Shown: one piece after another, positions 1 to 12,841 of the stretch
Position numbering within the stretch: position 1 is the first letter of the stretch
Layout of the letters: every line of letters starts with the position of its first letter
Source of the DNA: Macrostomum lignano
Taxonomy: Eukaryota
DNA: 64,000 bases
NCBI GenBank assembly: GCA_002269645.1
Contig: NIVC01002705.1
Span: 1-64,000, forward strand
Direction of reading: 5' to 3'
Position numbers and translations under genes: made by a program
The notes under the pieces: model-generated
What the model was told of the DNA's origin: nothing
The model's input: the letters and a program-made list of their open reading frames with translations, nothing else
Databases searched by the model: none

Positions 1-882
1 TGCTGTGGTATGACTTGAATTGACTAAAAATATTCACTCGTCGATATCGTCCTACCATGGCCAGCAGTCCTTGAACACGGGTCTGTTTGCTGACTTTTGT
101 AAGTAAAAATGCATAGCGGATGCCGCACAGAAGTATGAAGTGTACAGCACAATGTACAACCAAGTCTTTGTATGGATCCAAAATGCTCCATGCTAAAGCT
201 TCGGGCTAAAATTTATTTTCAATAATTCCTCTGCATTAATCTTTTTTTGGCGTCATCAGCGATTGCAAGGCAGTTCTGTCCCTTAAAAATAGACTAAAAG
301 ATTCTGCCAGAAGAAACTGGAGCTAGCTATAAAAAAATTGTTGGCTTCTTCAGCAGGCAAATTGTTTCACTTACCCCGGTTGCCAACCATTCCAGCTGAG
401 GAAACAAACAAGCTGACTGACTCAGAGATATTGGAAATGCGAAAGATTTTCCTCACCCACACTGCACCAGGTGCGCTAAGTATAGAGCGCGGCCGAGATA
501 ATGGACTTCCATTTGCCTCCATCAAAGCTCCAGCGTTCGCTGTTCTCCCAAACATGATGCGCTGCTTCCACTCTAATTCGGCAGTTTTTATCCTCCTGAT
601 GGATAAGTTTTCATGCCAAAAATAAAGCCGAAGAGAAATTGCATTTATCGTATTCGCTAGCCGAGACAAACCACAATTGGGAAGTTTTTCACCCCAACCG
701 CAGCGATAGGCCGAGCGAGCCAGAGTGACTCGAGCCGATGATGACTTTGGCTAGGATGGGGACTATTTCACTGAGCTGCACTGAGGACTCTGCTGGGGTC
801 TGCTTCTAATTCTGTCCAGAGACTCATCTGTTGGATTCTGTCAATCTCGATTCAGCAAGCTAATAAGCCCTAACAAGGCAGT

Positions 883-1234
883 ATGACTACCCCAGCTCGG
901 CAGTACACGTTGCTGATGGCCGTTCTTCTCGGCGGGGCCCTGCTGACGCAGCACCTGGCCTCAGCCAGACCCACCAACGCCAAATTCAAGGACGTCGAAG
1001 AGACCGTGGACGAGGCATTGGCTTCGCGGCCGCCTCCACCGCCGCCGCAGCGACTGATGCGAGCTCCGGACCGACGAACGGTGGAGAACCCGGATGAGCA
1101 GCGAGCCAAGCTGATGTCCAGCCTGCTCAACAGCCTGCGATGGTCCGGCCAGATGAGGTGAACAATCTGTGGCTATTCAAAATAATAAGCATCTGTTACA
1201 CATTCCTCGATTCTGTTTCAGATTTGGCCGCTGA
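883..1234 (+). CDS. npf: NPY/NPF-like RF-amide neuropeptide precursor (exons 883-1157, 1222-1234)
   Basis: Hydrophobic signal peptide (YTLLMAVLLGGALLTQHLASA). A 64-bp GT-AG intron (1158-1221, acceptor ttctgtttcag) splits the Arg codon AG|A, giving ...LLNSLRWSGQMR-F-G-R-stop, i.e. RF plus a Gly amidation donor plus a basic residue. Pro, Glu and Leu fall at the spacing of NPY P13/E15/L24 when aligned from the C-terminus. Confidence 0.75.
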
Positions 1235-2296
1235 AGAATCAAACCAAGCTGAAGGCACTCCATCTCTGATTCACTGTGACAATCAGCTGAGGAAGAACAT
1301 TTTTCCCGAAAAGCTGTAAAATACACGAAAAAGTTCAGAGAGTTGCGCAGTTTTATTGAATTTGTCTTAGTTTCAATTTTGTACAACTTTAAAAAAACAT
1401 AATGAAAAGAGTAATCTATATATGAGCCAGTTTAGTCTAGGAGCAAGCAAGTTAGAATTAAGATATTGAAGACTTGCTTTTCATTGTCAATGGTCCAAAA
1501 GGAGGTCTGTGAAGCGATCAATTTAAGAAGTTTGGCATGCAATTGTGCAGGCCTCTTAGACCATAAGGAAATAACAGATTTTATTAGACAAACAGAGATA
1601 TGGCAAATGACGAATAATTTAGAGACGTCGAGAGAGGTGAGAATATTTTGCGATGGCCGAACGTAAATAGAAAAGCAGTGCATTCTACGCTACGACATCA
1701 TGGGGTTGCGGAGATCGAGCAACACAAGCAACTGCTTCTTTCATCACTGGACACCTATTCAGACCACAGATACTAAAATGGCTAGATGGGCCACTCAGGC
1801 ATATATACTTAGTAAAACAGCTTTCTACTTTCAGTTCAGTAGCAAAGAAGAATACATAAGCTATTTTTTTTAAATAAAGGCGGCTGAAATGACTTTGATA
1901 AGTTTAAGAAGCCCAAGCTTGCAGGCGTAAACAACTTGCTAATTGGTTCAGCAATAATGTACATTCGCCAGTCCACTTTTGCCACTGGGCTGATGCTGTC
2001 AATGAGAATTAGACGATCTTAACTTTTTTTCTATGTAGGCTTCAAATAGGGTAATTTTAAATTCAAGTTACATTTTATGGGTAAGCTTTTATGTACCCCT
2101 AATCTCTTCAATAGGTACCCATGTCTCAATTCAAGTTTAGGTATATAAAAGCAATCCCCATGAAGAATCATCCCACCTTAGAACCCCCTATTCCCCATGC
2201 CCCAGCTACATGAAAGCAAAGCTTAAATTTGAAATCAAAAGCCCATATAGAGACTCAAATAAATACTCAAATCAAAATTGCAGCTAATTTACTAGC

Positions 2297-2677
2297 TTGT
2301 CTCTGCTTCATGTGTCTGTTTCATTTCCTAGCGGGTTGTCGGGTTGTCTCTGCTTTATTTGTCTGTTTCCTAGCGGGTTGTCGGGTTGTCTCTGCTTTAT
2401 GTGTCTGTTTCCTAGCGGGTTGTCGGGTTGTCTCTGCTTTATGTGTCTGTTTCCTAGCGGGTTGTCGGGTTGTCTCTGCTTTATGTGTCTGTTTCCTAGC
2501 GGGTTGTCGGGTTGTCTCTGCTTTATGTGTCTGTTTCCTAGCGGGTTGTCGGGTTGTCTCTGCTTTATGTGTCTGTTTCCTAGCGGGTTGTCGGGTTGTC
2601 TCTGCTTTATGTGTCTGTTTCCTAGCGGGTTGTCGGGTTGTCTCTGCTTCATGTGTCTGTTTCCTAGCGGGTTGTCT
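2297..2677. repeat. 42-bp minisatellite, about 9 copies
   Basis: Unit tctgctttatgtgtctgtttcctagcgggttgtcgggttgtc repeated head to tail; the ORFs across it are 14-aa periodic artefacts. Confidence 0.95.
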
Positions 2678-3127
2678 CTGGTTGATTTTTCTGTCTTCTT
2701 GTGAGTTGTCAAACAGCAAGAAAAGTGCTTGCTCAGACAATTGTTTAGGACCCGAGCAGCGGGTCAACCTGCTAGTATACCGCAAAGTTCAAGAAGTCTC
2801 CTTCTCCTTGGACAATGGAAAGCAAGTCTTCAATAGCTTTATTCTCCCGCTAAATTGAACTGCATGCATCTGGGTAAAGTTTTCTATATTAGTTGGGTTG
2901 AAAAGAGTTGAAAATTTTAGAATGAAATCGTTTGTTCAGAACTTCAATATCTAAACAAGCATATTATCTGAATAAAATATCCAAGTTAGTCTGATATCAG
3001 AGTCCGAGTAGTTATCTGTGCATGCAACCTTTTTATAATAATAAGCAAACCGTTTTGTGATACGCCTTGAGTTGGTTTAAGAGCATATCAACGTGCAAAC
3101 GTAATGCTTTATTCATGCGCCATTGTG

Positions 3128-5712
3128 TCACAAAAAGTTGCATGACTTCAACTTCTCTCGGATGTCCTCGTTGTCATGCCCGTCAATCGTCCGGTCAGCA
3201 CTGGTCTGCGTTTGTGTTTCATCATTCTGGTCCTGTTTGTTGTCGATGCTTGACTTCGCTTTGGCAGTTGCAGCACGCATAAGCCGGATGTCCTCCTGGG
3301 TGACGGCCGTCTCCGCCAGGGCGGCGTTCTTCCGTTGCTCCTGCTTCAGAGCCGCCCAGTAGGTGGAGGCTGGGGGAAGCCGATGAATCCGTAGACCCGT
3401 TGGTGGCCCTTGAACGCGTAGCTGTGGTGCAGGCTGAGGTTCACGGTGCAGCTCAGGTCTTCCCTACCATCCAGTCGCCTCTGTCGGGTGTTGAGGTGCT
3501 GCCTGACGTAGCTGTTCATCGCCTGCAGCAGGCGGTCCAGAAACTTGATGTCTGGCTCTGGTGATCTCGATTCCAAGGCGTGCTTTGGGTGCTCAAGTGA
3601 GCCGAAACCGAGCATTGGCTGCTCCTGGTGCGGGATGAGCAAAAAGTCCTCAAACAGGTCGAATTCTCCCCGCAACCGCTTCGCGGGCTTCCGTTTTGCG
3701 ACTTCCGACGGCGGGTTCCGGCGCGTCACCAGCAGCTCCGGCATCTTGACCAGCTGCAGCCTGCGAAGCACGTTCTTCTCGTACAGCTTCATTGTAAGAC
3801 GGGGATCCTTGTCGCTCGAGCTCGAGCTCTCCTTGGAGTAGGTCCAGAACTCGGTCACGTAGCTCTTGTCGGGCCAGTTGGGGATCGCACAGCTGCTCTT
3901 TTTCTGGCGCACGCCCGGCTTTACAGGCGGATTGCAGACCTCGAAAATCTCCAGGTACTTGGTGTGGTCCGGAACGATGATGTAAGCGAAGAACGCCGGG
4001 TAGGCATTGGTGCGATACTTTCCGTGCGGTACCTGCAGCGTGCAGTGGCCAAGGTTGTAGCTTGTGGTGATGTCCGTGGCCGCCTTCACAAGGTCTTGCC
4101 GTTCCTCTGCGTCCAGACAGTCGTACAGCTGCTTGTGGAACTTGTAGTGCAGCAGGAACCTGGGCAGGCAGTGCACCAGATCGAATCGCACCGTGAAGCT
4201 GTCGTTCTTCCTGCGCGCAAACAGCAGATCGTAGTACTTTGCAACACTATTGAAGGGCGAATTGGCAGCTGATGCCTCTTTTAACTCGCAGCAATCGCAT
4301 GGATACCTGCCATCGCTACCATCAACGAAATCCTGGCGAAGCTCTCTGCAGAGCTTGTCTCGTGCTTCCTGCTCTTCTGGGCTTAAGACTTCGGAAGTTG
4401 GCGCTGCCACGAGGCCGCAGAGGCTGAGCAGCTGTGCTTTGCGTGCCTTCTCTTGCTCAGATTCTCTCTGGTATTCGCTGCGCTTTCCCTGCGATCCATG
4501 CTTAGCTGGCTCAAGCGATGTTTCTAGACGCTGGTTAAAGTCCACAGTGTCCGTCCCAACCTTCGACGATTGCGTGTTGCCAATTGTTTTCGTCGCCTCA
4601 ACAGGCTCATCTCCGCCTTGATTTTCGTCCTCGTTTTCATCAGAAATCACGCCATCAGGCTGGTCTACGCCGATTCTGCTTCGGGGACCACGGCTGCGCC
4701 AACCGTCTTCTGCGCTTGGCGCGGCGCTCTGAGCCTGGAGCTTAACCAGCCAAGCAAATTCGTAGTCATCGACGCTTTCACCTGGAGTTGGAAGGTGCTT
4801 GAACCGCTGCTTGTGCTGGAGATTGCGATCCTGTAGCTGCAGCTGCTCGTATCTGGCTAGGCGGAACAGCCGCTGACTCGGCAGCAGGCCGGAGTCGTGA
4901 TCATCTCTGGCCTGCAAGTACGGGTCCATCGGTAATTCAACGTTGCCCTGCTCGTCTGTTATCTGTCCAAATCTGTCCTCATGAAAGAAGTTCTTCACTT
5001 GCTTTTTTAGCGACCCGATTAAATTAGATTTCTTCTTCTGCTCATTCTTGGTTACCGGAATACCCTGAGTAAGTATCTTCGTGAAGTCGATCGTTTGCAC
5101 TTGCTCGCCAACAGGTGCAAAAACGTCTTCGTCCGTCACAGAGGTGTCACTCCGTTCTGTCGGTGTGGCACTTGACAAATCAGTTACTCTTACCTCCCCG
5201 CCTTTGGAAACATTTCTATCCTTAGCGTCGACAGCGTCCTTGCCCTGCGCCGGTTTAGCCGGACTCTGCGGAAGGTTTGGTGTTTGAAGACTAGCAGGAA
5301 CTGCGCCGCCTGTGCCGCTCCCAGACTGCGGCTCAGTAGCCCGCGAAATGCCAGAAGCTGCCCGACTGTGACTTCGTTGGACATCCGATTTTGAATCGCC
5401 TTTGGTGGCACTTGATGACAGCGATTTAGCGTTGGTAGATTTAGGATAGGTGGCCACTGACGCTGAATTGGCATCGCTTTTAGTAGAAGCATTTTGCGAG
5501 CTCGATCGATCCTGGACGCCTACAGAGGACGTTGCCCTGTGCTGCGGCTCAGCCTCTGTAGATGTTGGCCTCTGCTGGCCGATGGATGTCGAGGGTCGAT
5601 TTGGCACTGGTGCAGCCAGCATTATCTGGCGTGAGACTGTAGTCGAGTTAGAGTCGTCTTTTGAGGCTACACAACTTTTATTTTCTCTCTCTAGAACCCG
5701 TCGGCAGCACAC
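3128..5712 (-). CDS. Uncharacterised ~870-aa protein: Ser/Thr/Pro-rich N-half, globular-looking C-half
   Basis: 788-aa open frame 5712-3346 with GC-rich coding-like codon usage. One extra C in the run near 3372-3376 would extend it (FPPASTYWAALKQEQRKN...KSCNFL) to a stop at 3128-3130. True start uncertain (first in-frame ATG near 5625, or an upstream exon). Confidence 0.7.
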
Positions 5713-7701
5713 CTTACTTTTATAAAGTGTGCTTAAGCGTACAACATAGAAGATTAAATCTAGCAGAGATGGGTGGGTTAAATAAGATGTATAAACTGAA
5801 TTCGGCTAGTGAAAATGCTGGCTCAGCTTGAATAGGCTCCATTGTTATCTGAGTGGTGGCGAGTACAGAGCTGCATGCGATACTCTTGGGTTGAAAGCAT
5901 TTAAGGCTGACTGACTGTACGTGGAGGCACTATAATAGCTCCGACATGAAGATGCACCCCTGTAGAAAAATTTAGCCTGTGCTCTGTGTTAAATTTCCAG
6001 GATTTCTCTCCTTGGTAGCAGCCATCATAGAGACGACGATTTGACCCAGCAGGTGACGCGCCATTTAATTAGCATGGGTGTCAAAGCCAGATGAGCCATG
6101 TTACGCTGATTTATGATTTCGTGGAAAGCGCCGTGGGCACCAGTACAAAGGCCGCTATTGCCAAGGGCTCTAGTCGTAGCCATACAGTATATGGGCGCGG
6201 CCATTACATGTACTACATGTACTACAAGGCAAGTGATAGTATCGATTAGTGATCTATTTAATCATATAGCGATTACATGTATATTTCACACCGATCTGAC
6301 ACTCAGGTACCATATCATAAAGTTAATAAAATGTGCTTGTTTTAAGCGATTTGTTTTTTTCGAATTGCGAAGCGAAAATAATTTATTTACGCGGATGAAC
6401 GTGAAAACACGGCATAAAAGTCTAAACACTTCAAACAAGAAGGCATATAGTTTCAGCTTTTACTGCAAAAAACCAAATCCATGAGCTAAATAAACAAATA
6501 ACAAAATACTGCGAGAAAAATTAACTGTTATTGTACATGTATATATGTATATATTGATTGACAATTGATCACTAACGTAAAGTCGCATCTATAAGCTGCC
6601 TTCTTTAAATGCATTAAGTGGTATGTGAAAGTAGGTTTTATACATGCATGAAAATGCAAGAAAAATGCGAGTTTGAATATATTCCTAACAATTTTTCATA
6701 AAGTGAAGAAAGGATTAAAAACTGGTTGCTTGCATGCAAAAATATAAGCCCGAATGAAAGATGACATCATTGTGACGTTGCTAGTTTAAGTGGTCCCGCA
6801 AAAGGGCCGTTGGACTATAGTTTCCCTTGCAATTTCTCGTTTTAATTTCTCCAATAGTTTATTTTAACGTTTACTTGTAGTAGCGTGCAAATAATCTGTA
6901 TCAACTGCTAATTCACTGTGTATTTGGTAGGCCTTGCGCTCGTCTGTGAATTTTGGCACGATCGATAATTTCAAGTTCTCTCGCCAGCCAATGAAAAATC
7001 TCCGCGTGTATTTTGCTAGCCCTCTGCGCTCTTTATTAACCCCCGCCTGGCGGCGGGCTCCTCACTTCTGCCCCTTCTCCTGCCTTCTGTCTGCCTCCTT
7101 ATCTCTCGCCACGGCTCCTGTGTCTGGGCCAGCCTGTTTACACTGCCTGCCACTGTCTGCCACGGCTAACGCCAATCTCACCACTACGCATCCGCCATTG
7201 CTGTGCTCATCGCCGTTACTCACCACGTTGCATCGCCTTGCATCACTCGCCTACCACTCGACTACAATTTCTAATTCACCTTCAATTCAAAACCATTATT
7301 GCAGCCGCCAGTGTCCCAAAAGCGCAATAAGTTCTGTATTAACATTAACCAATTTGAATATTGATCTCAAGAATAAAACAACTACGGCAGTTACCTGCCT
7401 AGTACGCCAAGTGCTCCGCTACACAATCCGCTTCTCAAGACTTGACTCGATTCATTTTGGGACTACGACTTACGACAACTCGTAAAACGGCCCTTCTAAG
7501 GGTCATAGCCTCTACGCCAATAACGTGAAAATCATCAAAATGCAAACAAATTTTTGTTGAAAAGAATAAAAGCCCAATATTGATCATTTGAGTTTTTTAT
7601 TAATGTTGTGAGTTCTACAAGTCCTCCAGTATTGCATTGTATTGTCCGTCCAGCAGTATTGTATTGATTAAAGCATTATTATCTGTGGAAAGGGGTTTTT
7701 C

Positions 7702-10700
7702 GGGTCTGTATAAAAGCTGGCACTGGCACATTGGACACATTGGACACCCCTTTTTATAACAAAATTAAATATGAAAATGCAGAATAAACTTGCGGAGTTA
7801 CTTTAAAAATTTTTTTTTAAAATGATAATAATAAAAATGACATCCTTGCTTTCGTGATAGATGATTTGTTAAATATTCTTTGTATTATCGTTTTCTGTAC
7901 ATGTTTAATTTGGCATTCGATTTTTTAAAATAATCGCACATGCAAAAACTGCAGCTTGCAATGCTATTACACTGTGATTTTACTACCCCGAAGGTTCTGT
8001 ACTACAGGCGTACCGATTTAATGCTAAATATGCGCAAAAATGATCAAACTAATAGTCAGAACTTAATTTTCCATAAAATGAAGCATTCTGCTCTTATCAA
8101 AAAACCACAACTTATTCTGTTAGGATTACTTCATGAAGAACGAACTTTGGATATTCCAAATTGCAAGTATTTCTATATTAAAAAAGTTAATACATTGGCA
8201 GATTATTTGATGAAAAAATTGCACCCAAAAAGTTTTTTTTTACTTTGTAAGATGATGATTAAATAAATAATTTCCAAGCTTATTCTTTTATTAGTTCAAT
8301 TACTTTTTGTATGATTTCAACCAACAAAAAAGGAATAGCTACTCAGTGAGAGTTCAAATTACAGTCTCTTCTTTATATACAATCCTTTTTATTTTAAGAA
8401 AACCTTTAATATTATGAATAATTTGCCAAGTCATGATATTTAAGAAATTGTGCTACTCATTTAAATTATGAGGTAAAAAATGCAAGCATATAAGTAAAAA
8501 ATCTACCTTACAGACCAGGAAGTCTTTTTACTGAAAAGTTATATGTGATGCTTTGAATAAACAACATATAAACCATCTTCACATAACATTTATTGTCATT
8601 ATTTATTTCAGACCTAAATCCTTTAGCACATAAATATTCTGCATGTATGTTGCAGGGTATACTTCCTTCTTCTAAAATCCTATGAATGCCACAAAGTTTT
8701 AATAGGCAAATTTATTAGTATTGTTTATATTAATATTTCTATATTTATGAGAAATTTTCCAATAAGAACAAGTGCCCAATCAGTAAAACACTATTTTTTA
8801 ATTCTAATGTCCAAAATTATGGCATTCTAAGGGACCAAGTGATAGGTTTTAAGCTACTATTAGCACCTACATGATTTATTTATTTAATACCTACACATTC
8901 CTTAATGTCTATAGTTTGCCTAATTGCCTAATTGCTAACCCTAATTCTAGCCTTCTTGGCTTACAAGTCTGAGTCTTCACAGCATATTATTCAATTCAAG
9001 CCCTACTAATTTTATTAGCCTCTCTTAATTTTATAAAATAATAATTTTCTTTAGTGTAACTGCTCCAAAAATTTAAATTGTGCATTGCTTTTCATTTTTA
9101 TATAATCTGTTTGCCCAAGTTGAGAATTATTTAATACAAAGGTATCTATTCTAGTTCTATTAGTTTCCATTCTAGAGGCAGCATAGTCTTAAAAGAAATC
9201 AAGAGTTCACAATCTACATGTATAGAAATATATGAATATTAGTATGAACTCATACATTGTTGCAAAGAGCTAGATCCATATAGTGGGTATGTCCACTTTT
9301 GGTAAGATTTTGAAAAATACTACATTTTATTATCTATAGATGGAAAACATCTGATTAAAATTCTTCCCTCCTAATGTCAATCTCCATCTGCCACATTTTC
9401 TTCGCTGTCTTGCAAGGTTTTCTCCACAGGAAAGTAGAATTTTTTTATAAAACTTTTAGGAAATTTAAAGGTAGCCTAAGACATTCTCCGTAGTGAGTTT
9501 AGGGTGGGTGCAAAATTTGGTGTCATTTGGTTGAGTGGTTTGGGAGTCCATAGCAATCAAAATTGTACACACACAGACAGACACATAGAGTTTTGATTTT
9601 TATAGGTAAAGATAATGAAGAAATAAATGAGACAAAAACTTCAAAAACGTAAAAAAACTTTAAATTCTTCAGCCAAATGACATCATTTTGAAGCGGCAGC
9701 ACCAGGACCTGAAAATCTTGGCAACGATTTGGCTCCCGTAAGTTTAAAAAGCTAAATTGTTACTAGTTACTGAAAAAAGCAGCTGATTAGATTAAAAGCT
9801 GTCGTTGTGCATCGCAGTGAAGCGGCCAACAAGGGGCACTACATCTGCTACACATTCGCATCAAACGGTACTGTGTACGAAGTAGACGACTTCCATGTTC
9901 GCTTCATCCCAGCGGGGATTCCCTTGGATTCTCTGTCGCGAGACTCTGTCATTGTGATGTATGCATCTAGTGAATCCAGGGAACCTTAGTTGTGCAGCTC
10001 AAGCAACATTGAAGAATAACATTCAAAGCTTACATGCAGAGTTTTAACTTTGTGCTAAATCTGCACAGAGCTAGAATTTTTTAATTGAAGTCACCACAGT
10101 TTGCGCGTCCATTTTTTATTTTAAGCCAACAGCCAGGGACACTAAGAACTAGGAGAAGTTGCTCATATAGTTATTAGAGGATGCTTTTTCTTGTAGCCTG
10201 TTAGTAGGCTAATACAAGGACAGACCCAAGAAGGCCATAACCTTCATGAAGCAGGGGGAGTTGCAGCAGTCAATTTCTAGCCTAATGACCCCCTTTCCCA
10301 TGTATAACAATACAAATCTGTGCAATTTTTTTAGAGTGACAAAGTTCACTTGGTGTGCCGAAACACCACTCGCACCATTACAGCCCTGTCTATAATTTCT
10401 TTGTGCTAATTGGTTGACCACTTTCAATAATTTTCTTGGGTCAAGAGTGTGATATATGCATATTGCAGCATGAATTTTTAAAAGAATCCCTAGTTTTATA
10501 CAAGGAATCATATATATTTATAAAAAGTTAGCTCTTAGAGTAGAGATAAAGTACATAAGACTATTAATAGCAAATTTTCATACAATTGCTTATGGTAATG
10601 ATTTTTATTGTTATAAAGTTACAAATGAATAAAAAATTACATTGCATTTAAACTATACTTTATGAGTTGTAAGCCATTCAACTCAGAGTGCACTTCAATT

Positions 10701-11734
10701 GCTTTAATATACATTGCTAGATGTTATTTAGCATTTCTTTGTTATTTATCATTTAATTCATTGTATTGTTTAATTGCTAATTTCATTTGCTCATTGCTCA
10801 GGTGCAATATTTATTACTTTTTTATTAATGCCAATGTTTGTTATACTTTTTCTCCCCATTTTTAGTGTTTTTGGTATTCTTTTGTCAAATTTTAATTTTT
10901 TAGCTGTATCTATCTTTACGAAAAATTGTACCTGTAAATTTATGGTTTTTTGCTTACAATGGTACTGTACTAAATTGTATTTATTTCCTTGTTAGATTCT
11001 CTAAATTGATAAAGTAATGCACTGCTTTATTATCATGCATATTGAATATTAAGGATAGTTAGTATTCCTTCCTTGAAAAAGATTCTAGAGTTGGATTCTA
11101 TTTGATAAGAGAATAAATAATTTATTGAGTTTAAATGTTTTTAAAACATTAATTAATTGCACTTTGATGGAAATCATAACTTAAAAAATTATTCGTTTTT
11201 TATTTAAGACACGGGGGATTTTAAAAGTCCATATTAACAACAAATCAAACATTAACATTATGGGAGAGAGAGAGAGAAGGATTACATTCACATTCACCAT
11301 TGCTGTTGATTTATGGAAAGGCAGTAAACAAGCAAGAGCAGCTGCAAATTGTCAAATATGCCATGTCCGGCTATAAAATTCTGCAACTAGTCTGCTGCTA
11401 ACTTTTTCCAACGTTTAATGAGGACAAGAAACGGCATTTAATGTTTCTATGTTTTCTGTAAGTGCACCACCTAGGTAAATGAAAATGACGTACCGAAAGT
11501 AGTTCGACAATAAAGCAAGATAAGAAATGAATTTAAATGTAGAATAAAACTTGTTGATACTACCAATCTCATGGTTGTTAAAAGTATATGAAAAAGTGCA
11601 ATTATAAATAAATGTTTACATTTTCATCCGAAGACAAAGTTTATTTATACAAGCAAAACAACGATCAAAACTCGATTTTTGTTAATATAAGGGGTGTCCA
11701 ATGTGGCAATGGTGCCCTGGTTTTATACAGACCC
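7702..11734. mobile_element. Mutator-like (MULE) DNA transposon, probably non-autonomous, ~4.0 kb
   Basis: Imperfect ~60-bp TIRs starting GGGTCTGTATAAAA (7702) and ending TTTTATACAGACCC (11734). Exact 10-bp direct repeat GGGGTTTTTC on both sides (7692-7701, 11735-11744). AT-rich interior with no transposase recognised. Confidence 0.8.
9673..9989 (+). pseudogene. Ubiquitin-specific protease (peptidase C19) C-terminal/His-box fragment inside the MULE (exons 9673-9737, 9791-9989)
   Basis: Spliced translation PNDIILKRQHQDLKILATIWLP|LKAVVVHRSEAANKGHYICY...VYEVDDFHV...VIVMY resembles the USP motifs LPxxLxIxLKR..KI...P, LxAVVxHxG...GHY, DD and final Y. No Cys box was found. Confidence 0.55.
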
Positions 11735-12841
11735 GGGGTTTTTCAATACGCAATAACATTTGTTTTAGTTATAACAAAAATACTAGTTTGATAATGGGGA
11801 AACCACAGTAAAAATTTCAATAACAGTGCAATGCAGATAAATATTACACTTTTTTTCACAACGATCTTTTAGACCTCCTGTAAAACTAATGACAACAAGT
11901 AACCATGAAGGTTTACTATTTTGAAATCCAAGTAAAGTCGTAATCGAGGTCAACGAAGTCTTATCATATTTATAGATTGCAGTTTTTCTCACTTCCTAAT
12001 TCTTCTTATTTCTTAAAAAAAGAATATTGTTACTTCTTACAAAAACATCAATTTAAGTATTGAAAGTTTGCCTTTAATCGATTTAAATCATATTTAACTC
12101 ATATTTTTTACTGCAACAGTTTATCTATGTACAACAAAACAATTGATATAATTCAAAGAACCAGAATTAACTTTAACTAATTTTAATTATACTGTCACAA
12201 AAAATTGTGCTCAGAAAATTTTTATTGGCTTTTAAAGTCGAATACAGAAGGGACCAGACTATCTAAAATTTACTTTCGTTCCAAAGCATTTACTAAAATT
12301 CTCGTGTTAATTACAAAAGATTCCAACACCAATATTTTGTTTTTAAAAATTAAGAGAAAATAAATTAAGAGAAATATTTTTAAAATCTAATTTTTCCTTT
12401 TCAATTCCATAGATTTTTGCCTTGAAACATAAAATTTAGATATAATAAGCAGGTAATACAAAAATCATATTATTTGACAAATTTCAATTTAACTAAGTAC
12501 ATATAATGCATAATTTTTTAATGTCTTCCTTGGAGCTGCGAGAAAAAGTAGCTCATCCATAATAAATCTATTTAATCTAGATAATTACTATGGATAACTA
12601 AAATTTCCTTATAGGATCTAAGTAGGTATCTGATAAACAGAATTTTAATAGCTAATACAAATAACAAACATTCGAACTGTGCAATCCACTCGTGAACCTA
12701 GTAAAAATACATATTTTAGACTTATAAAATTGGAAAACCATTTGAACCTTTATTTCCATCGTAGATTGGCAAACTATTTTAAAATTCTTTAATTCCTCTG
12801 TTTTACCATCTAAAAATCAATAACAGCTACTAAACCTTTGC

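Noticed and set aside
338-669. Overlapping ~100-aa ORFs on both strands
   Set aside because: No recognisable motif or supportable exon structure; could be exons of a gene outside the window.
2229-2858. Cys/hydrophobic repeat proteins in several frames
   Set aside because: They are translations of the 42-bp satellite and are open on both strands.
9480-9612. Possible Helitron-type 3' end (acacacagacagac...tataggtaaagat)
   Set aside because: No matching 5' end, hairpin or second copy in the window.
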